This document shows, piece after piece, positions 57,601 through 64,000 of a stretch of 64,000 bases of DNA. Origin of the DNA: Cyanophora paradoxa CCMP329 (lineage: Eukaryota; Plantae; Glaucophyta); the NCBI GenBank assembly GCA_004431415.1, contig QPMI01000477.1, positions 496,001 to 560,000 of the forward strand. Direction: 5' to 3'. A program made the translations under genes and the position numbers. Each line of letters opens with the position of its first letter. Position 1 is the stretch's first letter. Under the pieces are notes generated by a model, which was not told where the DNA came from, made no database searches, and saw nothing but the letters and a program-made list of their open reading frames with translations.

Positions 57601-60600
57601 CCGAGGGCGAGCCGCGCGGCGACGATCTTGGCCGGCGGCGGCGGGCCGGGCGGCGGGCGGGGGCCCTGCCGCGGGAGCGGCGATCTCTGCCCGATCGCCC
57701 CCGGCATCGCCGCGCCGTCCTCCTGCTGCCCCGCCCGCTGGTCGCGGATGGCGGCGGCGAGGGAGGGGGCCGGCCGCAGGCGCCGCGTCGGGAGCGTGTA
57801 CGAGAGGTCGATCGCGCGGCTGACGCGGTAACGCTTGCGGGTGAGGTACCCCTTGAACACCGCCTGCGGCGCCCCGCCGCGTCAGACTTCGGGATCGAAC
57901 GACGGTTTCGGGATCGACGGACCTGGGCGCGGGTGACGCGCTTGGCGACCTCGGCCGGCTCGGCCGTCGAGGGGAGCTTGCCCCGCTTAAGGTCCAGCAG
58001 CGAGAACTCGTCCTCAATCTGTTGAATTAGATTAAGAAGTTAGAGAAGTCTCTCTCTCTTTCTTTCTTTCTCATACCTGGCGGGACTCGCGGGTGCCGAT
58101 CTTGACGACGAAGACGTGCGCGCGCTTGAAGGCGAGCATGAAGCCCCAGTGGACGGGGGCGAGCACGGCGGCGACGATGACGCCGAGGAGCATCCAGTAC
58201 GTGTCGGGGAGCACGCCGGGGGAGACGCGGATCGCCTCGCCGAAGCCGACGCCGTAGAAGACCGACTGGAGGGCGAGGATGCCCATCACGGTCACCTGGC
58301 GCCGCGGACGGGCGACGGACGACGGCGTTAGTGTGTGTCGAGGCGCGGGTGAGGGCGCGGGCGCGGGCGGGCAGTCACCGTGAGGCACGCGATGCGCTGC
58401 GGGCGCGAGAAGGGGTCGCCCGGGCGCGTGTTGATGATGCCCGTGACGGGGTGCGCCTCGACGACGGCGCGAAGGAGCTCGCGGCCGCGGCGGCGCCACC
58501 TCGGCATCGCCGCCTCCTTCTCCAGCCTCGCCTTCTTCGCCTAGAAGAAAAGTGACATAGAGAGTCAGTTCGGCTCGGCGGACATGGCGATTCCAGAGCG
58601 GCGCTCGCCCGCACCTGCTCGTCCTCCTCGTCCTCGAAGGGGTTCGCCTCGAGGACGTTCTGGAAGGCGAGCGACTTGGGCGCCTTGCCCGCCGCCGCGT
58701 CCGCCGCCAGCGACTTGCCCCCGTCCTGCGGGGCGAACGAAGTGAGCGAGCGAGCCAGCGAGCGATCGGGGCGAGTGCGTTCGCGCCTTCATGCTCTTGC
58801 CGTCGATGACCTTGTCGCTCTTCTGGAAGAGCTTGGCGATGCCCTTGGCGGCGGCCTTGGGGTCCACCTCCTCCTCGCCGCCCTCGAGCGCCGCCTTGGC
58901 GCGCGCGCGCAAGGCGGCGGCCGCCAGCTCCTTGTACGTGCGAAGCGCCGGGACGATGTTGGGGAGCACGGCCGTCCAGACGGGCTCGCCGGGCCGCTGG
59001 TAGAGGTACGGCTCGTCGTAGGCGCGCTTGTCGCGCCACTCGAGGAGGCTCTTGCGGTCCTTGCGGTGCCCCAGCGCCGACGCGACGACGAAGACGAGGA
59101 GGAGGAACGAGACGACGACGACGGTCGTGTAGTTGCCGATCGTCCCGCGGATCGCGAACGGGTTGACGAGCGGGCGGACCGAGGGCGCGTTGAGCTGCGG
59201 CCGCGTCGGCGTGTAGACGACGCCGAACTCGGTGAGGTGCGTGCAGTAGCACGTCGTGAAGTTGTCGTTCACGTCGCCCACGACGCAGCCGGCGCCCGAC
59301 CACGTCCCCATCGTCTCGTTCCAGAAGCGGCACGTCGCTGCGGCCGCCGCGTCGGTCGCCGGCGGCGAGCGGGCGCGCGAGCAGCGCAGAAAATGGGGGA
59401 ATACGCACGCTCAAGGGACGGGTTGACGGTGAGGAGGCGCGTCGGGACCTTGATCTCGATGGGGACCTGCATGCGCTGCACGTCCAGCGTGTCCTGCGAC
59501 GCGACGGAAGGCCGGGTCAACGCTCGGTTTCCATGTTCGCAACGCGGCCGTGGCCGCGCACCCGGTTGACGAAGACCTCGATGCCGACGACGTCGGTGCC
59601 GAAGCGGTCGAGGCCGAGGTCGCGGGTCGTCTGCGTGTACTGGTACGGGTTCTGGTTGAACGTGACCGTCACGATATCCAGCGCGCTCCCGACGGGCGCC
59701 GAGGCCGCCTTGCACCAGACCGAGTAGGGGATGGTGATTCGCATGACGCCGCCCTTCGTGTCGGGGATCTCGTAGGCGCGGGACTCGCCGGCGACGTTGG
59801 AGACGCCCTCGCAGACCGACTTGGGGTTGTCGGGGAGGCCGTACGAGCGCGCGCAATCGCGGAAGCCGGCGGCGGAGAAGGTCGTGTACGCCCCCGGCGC
59901 GAAGGCGATCGGGTTCTCGCCGCACACGAGGCCCTGGATCGAGGTCTTCACGACGAAGCTCAGCATGCTGCGGACCTTGTCCGCCACCGACTGCTGCGCG
60001 GCCATCTGTACGGGGTCGTCCAGTGGTACGCTCCCGAAGCTCGTCCCGTTGCCCGTCGCGTTGACCTGCAGGAGCCCGCGGCGGCCGAACCGAGGGCCGG
60101 CGTCCGCGTCGCTGAGGGCGCGGCGGCGCTGGCCCTGCGAGCCGATGGTGCTGCGCGCCGCCTGCGAGGCCGACTGCTGGTTCACCGGCGTCCCGAGGAC
60201 ACCGTACGCGACCGAGTCAAGCACTTGCGCGGCGTTCTGCGACGGCAGCGGCCGTCAACAACAACAACAACAACAACCGAACCGCGTTGCGGGCCACGCG
60301 CAAGGACATAACGCACGATGGAGACGGACGCGGCGACAACGCCGTCGGACGAGACTGTCACGATGAACGTGTCGTTGGCGAGCGTGATGGCCGTCGCGAA
60401 GGTCGTGAGGTTGAACATGAACACCGTATTCTTGTCCGTCATCAGGCCCTGCAGCGCCTGCGGAGCGGGTCAGCGGAGGCGACGGCGGTGCTAGCGGCGG
60501 AGCGAAGGAGGCGCACGTCGAGCGTGTGCGCCGCGTTGAAAGTGGTCGGCTCGCCGCGATCCGTGGCCTTCTTCAGGTACTCGATGAGGAGCTCGAGCGT

Positions 60601-63600
60601 GCGCACCACCGCCATGTCCAGCGTCTCGGTCGCGTTGGTGGCGGCTTGGAAGAGGTTGCGCCGCGGCGCCCGCGGGATGGTCGCCACGTTGCCGTTCGGG
60701 AGCGGGCCCGGGCCTGGCGGCTTCGGGCGGGCCTCCAGAGACAGCGGCATGCGAGCCTGGTACCGAGCGCCGCTGAAGAGGCGCCCGGCCGCGGTCGACT
60801 GTTTCGTCGCGGCCACTGCGCGCGGATGCGAATCAGCCAACGCTGTTAGTCGTGTCGCTCGCGTCGGCCGCGCGCACCGACGGTGTCGTTCTGCAGGACG
60901 GCGCGGAGCTGGACGATGTACGAGACGGAGGCCTCCACGCTGCCAGTGGCGATCTGGATGTCGAGGTTCTTCGTGATGCGCTCGCGAACGAAGTCCACAC
61001 GCGTCGTCGTGATGACGGGCTGCAGAAAGGAAAAGGAAATAAGCAAGCAGACATCCTTCACCAGGCGACGCAACGCGCGGACCGGGGTCACGGTGGCGGG
61101 GACGGCGACGCGTGAGTAGGCGCCGTACGAGTCGATGATGTAGACGATGATGTAGATGCGGAACCCGTTCGTCTCGTCGCCCTGGGGCAGCGAGAACTCC
61201 AGCGAGGAGCGGGTCGTCTGCGACAGGAACGTGTCCGTCGTGATGTCGCCAGTGTTGTCGTAGTTGAAGGCGTATCCGTAGATGAGCGGCGTGTCGCTGT
61301 CCGTCCACGACGCGCAGTCGACGCGGAACGTGCTCGCGAGCGCCATGCCCGTGATGTTGCCGCGCGAGACCGCCTGCCCGTCGATAAAGTAGCTCACCGT
61401 CCCGCCGGACGGCACGTCGTTCACGGTGAAGGTCGCCTCGGCGTAGCCGGTGAGGCCGGGGATGCCCTTGTGCGTGGCGGTGAGGCGCAGGCGGTACGTC
61501 TGGCCCTGCGTCAGCGAGTAGGCGTTCGTGACGAGGTTGAAGAGGTCGGGCGACTGCGTGGCGAGGACCGTCGGGTCCGTCAGGTTCAGGTCGCCCTGCC
61601 GGACCGTCCAGTGGAACGCGACGACGTTCGACTCGTAGTCCTGCACGAGGCCCTCCAGCTGGAAGCGCTGCGCCGGGTTGACCTTGTTCGGGTTCGGGAA
61701 CGGCTTGATCTGCACGATGAGCGGCTTCGTCCCGACGATGTCTATGTCGGTCGTCGTGAACGAGGAGCGGGCCGTGCCGTCCGGGTCGACCTTGGTCACG
61801 TTCAGGTAGAAGCGGTACGTGCCGACGGCGAACTGGAAGCGCCGGATCTCGAGGACGCGCGACGTGCGCGGCGCAAAGTCGACGCGCTTGCCGTTCTCGT
61901 TGATCTTGCAGTACTGCGCCTTGGACTCGTCCACGTTGAACTGCACGTCCTTGCAGTTCCACGTGTACAGGAAGCGCGTGTCCGTCGTGTTGTCCGGATC
62001 GTAGGAGCTCCCCGCGTCCAGCACGAACGCGTCTCCCATGAAGATGGGGCGGTTGCCCCCGAGCACGATCGGCACGAGCGGCGACGGATCCACCTTGATC
62101 AGCACCTGCAGAGGGCCTCAGCAACTGAAAGAAACAGCGACGCTGCAAGAGGCGCTACGGACCTCGTCGTACGAAGGCGAGACGAAGGGAGTCGGCGCCC
62201 CAGGCACGCGGTATGAGACTTGCACACGGAATCGGTACGTCGTGAAGGGCGATAAGATGTTCTTCTCTATGAGCAGGTTGCTCTTGGAGAGCGATTTGAT
62301 TTGCCGCGTGACGTCCGGGCGGTTCGGGCTCATGAGCGTCCAGCTGCGCAGGCCATCAGATACGAGCAAGCGAAATCGGGAACCGCCAAAGCGCGCACTT
62401 GAAATCCAGCGTGCGGAGGTCGTTCAAGCATGCGGAGAGGTTGGCGCGGGCGACAACGTTGACCTGCTGCGGCCGCAGCGTGGTGACGTTCTTGGCGCCG
62501 CGAATGTACACCACCGGGAAGTCCTGGTTGATCTTGGAGAGCTGTGCGAGAGTAGCCGAAATAAGCGAAAGTATGCAAGAGGACAAATGCAGAAAAGCGA
62601 ACGGGAATCGGGACGAAGTCGGACGACTGGTTGAACTTGTTCGTGAGGTTCAGGCGGACCAAAAAGTTCATCGGGATCGAGTCGTGCGTTGGCAGCTGCT
62701 GCGGCAGGATCGTGATGCGCCGCGCGTTGACGCCCCTCAGCATCGCGGTAAGCTGCGAGGCCGGGTGCGGTCAGGCGGGATCCGCATGGGCGCAGCGATC
62801 AAGCGCACGTTCTGCATCTGGCGGGTGTAGAAGACCGACGCCTTGATGAGCGTCGCGGTCGTGTTGTCGCCCGCCAGAATCTGCCACTCCCACTTGCGCC
62901 ACGCGAAGGGCCCGGAGCCCCGCGAGTCGCCTCCGTCGTACGTGATGACATCGCACTGGCCGGCCACGATAGGACCCTGCGTTGCGCATTCGCATCAGGG
63001 GCTCCAGAACGGAACCGGTGCGACCTCGAGGCAAGCGGCAGCACGCACCACGAGGACGACGGTGACCTGCGGGAGGAAGCGCGCGCGGATGCGGATCGTG
63101 CTGTTCGAGGTGAACGAGTTCTCGAAGAAGGTCATGATGGAGAAGCGGTTGTCGTCGCGCGTGGTCAGCTCGCGGTTGACGGGCGGGTCGGCGTCCTCGC
63201 CGATGAACCCGAGCGAGATGACGAGGCGCTTGTTGGAGATCCACGAGCACTTCGACTCCGTCGCGTCCGTGGGGCCCCCGAGGAAGGAGACGTCCTTGAA
63301 CATGTACGCGCAGCTGAATAGGCCCTCGAGGTAGCGCCCGTCGTAGATGCCGCGGTTCGTGTCGAAGTCGAACTCGACGACGACCTGCTTGCCGAGCTCG
63401 TCCAGCGTCGCGGACAGCATCTGCGGGGCGGGCGCTGCAGGGGGCGTGTCAGAACGCTGCCGCGATCGGGTTCAACGTAGCCGGACGCACCGCGCTGGAT
63501 GTTGATGCGGAAGTCTCGGATGCCGACGTTGGGGCTGTAGATGGACGTGAAGGTCGAAGTGACCGCCTCGAGGTACTCGATGACGGGCAGGCCGTTCACG

Positions 63601-64000
63601 GGCGCGTTGCCATTCGCATCCACCAGCCACGCGCGCAGGATGTACACGCCGGCCTTCATGAACTGGTACCGCACGCCGTACGTGCCGTCCAGGTTGTCGG
63701 TGATGAAGATGTCCGTGTTGTTGAAGCCGGGCACGTCGCGGCCCGCGACCCGCGTGATCAGCTCCGCCGTGATGACGAACACGTCGCCGCCGGCCGTGCG
63801 GTTGTTGCCGAAGCGATCGCGCGAGCGGATGGTGAAAAGCGAGTTGAAGCTGGCGACGCCCGACGTGAGACCCGTCCCGTAGGCGATGCAGGCGCGCGCG
63901 TCGGCGGGCGCCGGGTTGACGAGGATGGTGTAGACGCCGTTGTACGTCGTGCTCGTGGGCGTCTCGCCGTCGTCCAGGAGCTCCGTGTTGTTGCCGACGG
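54613..64000 (-). CDS. Polycystin-1 (PKD1)-like protein: filamin/Ig repeat, PKD/REJ region, GAIN-GPS, multiple TM helices, two IQ motifs, Pro-rich tail; 5' end outside the window
   Basis: Filamin-like TDNLDGTYGVRYQFMKAGVY. REJ-like FVLDAGSSYDPD and FRVDCASWTDSDTPLIY. GPS CRFWNETMGTWSGAGC..TTCYCTHLTEFGV (~59220-59332). TM segments VVVVSFLLLVFVVA, VMGILALQSVFYG, LLGVIVAAVLAPV, FILLPFTIAFLWVGF. IQ-like VTRAQ|AVFKGYLTRK and VTRVQALYRGFITRK. The exact stop is uncertain (54613 or 54716). Confidence 0.85.
56156..56209. repeat. Intronic 18-bp minisatellite (x3)
   Basis: cggtttcgggatcgaagg x2 plus a variant third copy; related copies at 57888-57917. Confidence 0.85.

Overview
This is high-GC eukaryotic genomic DNA, dense in short (~50-100 nt) introns with many GC-AG donors. 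The style suggests an alga or protist such as a glaucophyte (Cyanophora-like); that assignment is inference only. It holds five main genes: (1) a giant minus-strand IPT/TIG-repeat surface-protein gene whose 3' part is a near-identical ~6.1-kb multi-exon tandem repeat; (2) a mitochondrial SUV3 helicase with five N-terminal AT-hook-like motifs; (3) a membrane PAS-HisKA-HATPase-REC hybrid histidine kinase, with one intron carrying a 12.6-kb Ty3/gypsy LTR element (identical 283-bp LTRs, CGCGT TSD, PBS, PPT, pol shattered by small insertions); (4) a Cys-rich/(SP)n GPI-anchored protein; (5) the 3' part of a polycystin-1-like filamin-REJ-GPS multipass protein with IQ motifs. Several TA-flanked MITEs lie between genes. 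The most striking signal is a pervasive micro-mutation signature in which a trinucleotide X becomes X-revcomp(X)-X (+6 nt). Both net indels between the young 6.1-kb repeat copies have this form, and (X-rcX)n arrays with many different X fill the non-coding DNA. Exon boundaries are approximate and were read by eye.
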